Positions 62,876 to 64,000 of a stretch of 64,000 nt of DNA are shown in pieces. The position numbers were made by a program, and so were the translations under genes. Each line of letters opens with the position of its first letter. Position 1 is the stretch's first letter. Below the pieces are notes generated by a model. That model was not told the origin of the DNA and did no database searches. It saw only the letters and a list, made by a program, of their open reading frames with translations. The stretch lies in the NCBI RefSeq assembly GCF_009914755.1, contig NC_060934.1; one strand, given 5' to 3'. This DNA comes from the human T2T-CHM13v2.0 reference genome, Homo sapiens.

Positions 62876-63437
62876 TGTATTAGCCAGATTTCTCCAGGGG
62901 GACAGAACCAATAGCATGTATATATGAATGAAAGGGGATTTATTCTGGGGAACTGGCTCACATGATCACAAGGTGAAGTCTCACTATAGTCTGCAAGCTG
63001 GAAAACCAGAGAAGCTGTTAGCACAGCTCAGTCTAAGCCCAAAAGCCTCAGAGCAAGGGAAGCTGATAGTGCAGCCCCAGTCTGAGGCTGAAGGCCTGAG
63101 AGCCCCGGAAGACTGCTAGTGCAAGCCCAGCAAAGGCCGAACGATCTAGAGTGATGTCCAAGAGCAAGAGGAGAAAATGGCATCCCACTCTAGAAGAGAA
63201 AGAGAGAGAAGAACGAGAGCCAGCTGGGTACCCCCCTCCCTCTGCCTGCTTTGTCCCAGCCAGGCCCCAGCTGATTGCATGGTGGCCCCACATCGAAGGC
63301 AGGTCTTCCTCCCTCAGTCCACTGAATCATATCACAATCTTATGTAAACCCCCACATAGACACCCAGGAACAATGCTTCACAGCCATCGAGGCCTCCCTC
63401 AGTCCAATCCATTTGACACCTAACATTTACCATCACG
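62876..63437 (-). mobile_element. MLT2 (ERVL) solo LTR
   Basis: tgtattagccagatttctccag...gacacctaacatttaccatcac; 5-bp TSD ATAAT on both sides. Confidence 0.85.
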
Positions 63438-63610
63438 ATAATGTACCACTCATTGGCCTGTCTGTGATGACCTGGATGGTAAGTTATGGACAAGTCTTGC
63501 CCACCACACCATCTCCAGCATTTTCTACAGTGTTGGACACTCCAGGTCTCCATGCACCTGCTTCGTGATTTGACAAATTGGGGTCCTGGACATTCACTGG
63601 CCATGTTTTT

Positions 63611-63930
63611 GTTGTTGTTGTTGTTTGTTTTTTGTTGTTGTTGTTTGTTTGTTTTGAGACAGAGTCTTGCTGTGTCGCCCAGGCTGGAGTGCAGTGGCAC
63701 GATCTCAGCTCACTGCAGCCTCTGCCTCCTGGGTTCCAGTGATTCTCCTGCCTCAGCCTCCTGAGATTACAGGCGCATGCCACCACGCCAGGTTAATTTT
63801 TATATTTTTAGTAGAGATGGGGTTTCACCATTTTGGCCAGGCTGGTCTCAAAACTCCTGGCCTAGGGTGATCTGCCTGCCTCGGCCTCCCAAAGTCCTGG
63901 GATTACAGGCGTGAGCCACTGTGCCCAGCC
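63611..63930 (-). mobile_element. AluS with (TTG)n tail
   Basis: Full Alu with a small internal deletion; TSD gccatgttttt. Confidence 0.9.
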
Positions 63931-64000
63931 CACCAGCCATGTTTTTACTGGAGGGTAAGGACAAGACCATCAGGTCTGTAAGTCACCCATATTTACAGTC

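Overview
Human (or near-identical great-ape) genomic DNA. Positions 1-38.1 kb hold the 3' half of WDR11 on the + strand: 19 coding exons (inferred exons 11-29) that splice into one open frame ending at ...ESPKEEPIEE* (stop 37271-37273), with a poly(A) signal near 38063. The last intron (35404-37115) is a U12-type AT-AC intron. Positions 38.5-64 kb are intergenic and repeat-rich: an antisense LTR12 solo LTR, a full-length but inactivated L1PA2-like element inside an MLT1 LTR, a nested Alu/Alu/L1 cluster, an inverted AluSc pair, an LTR12C solo LTR and older LTR/MIR/DNA elements. The best leads are: (1) two candidate in-frame microexons (33 and 24 nt) in the repeat-free part of intron 12; (2) an in-frame U2 alternative and a retention/intronic-poly(A) isoform with an acidic-cluster tail at the AT-AC intron; (3) three retrotransposon insertions reusing one target site and creating a 662-aa Alu-L1 reverse-transcriptase ORF; (4) two neighbouring L1s sharing apparently non-consensus alleles. 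Gene identity, exon numbering and repeat subfamilies come from recalled sequences, not from a database search. Old-repeat boundaries are approximate.
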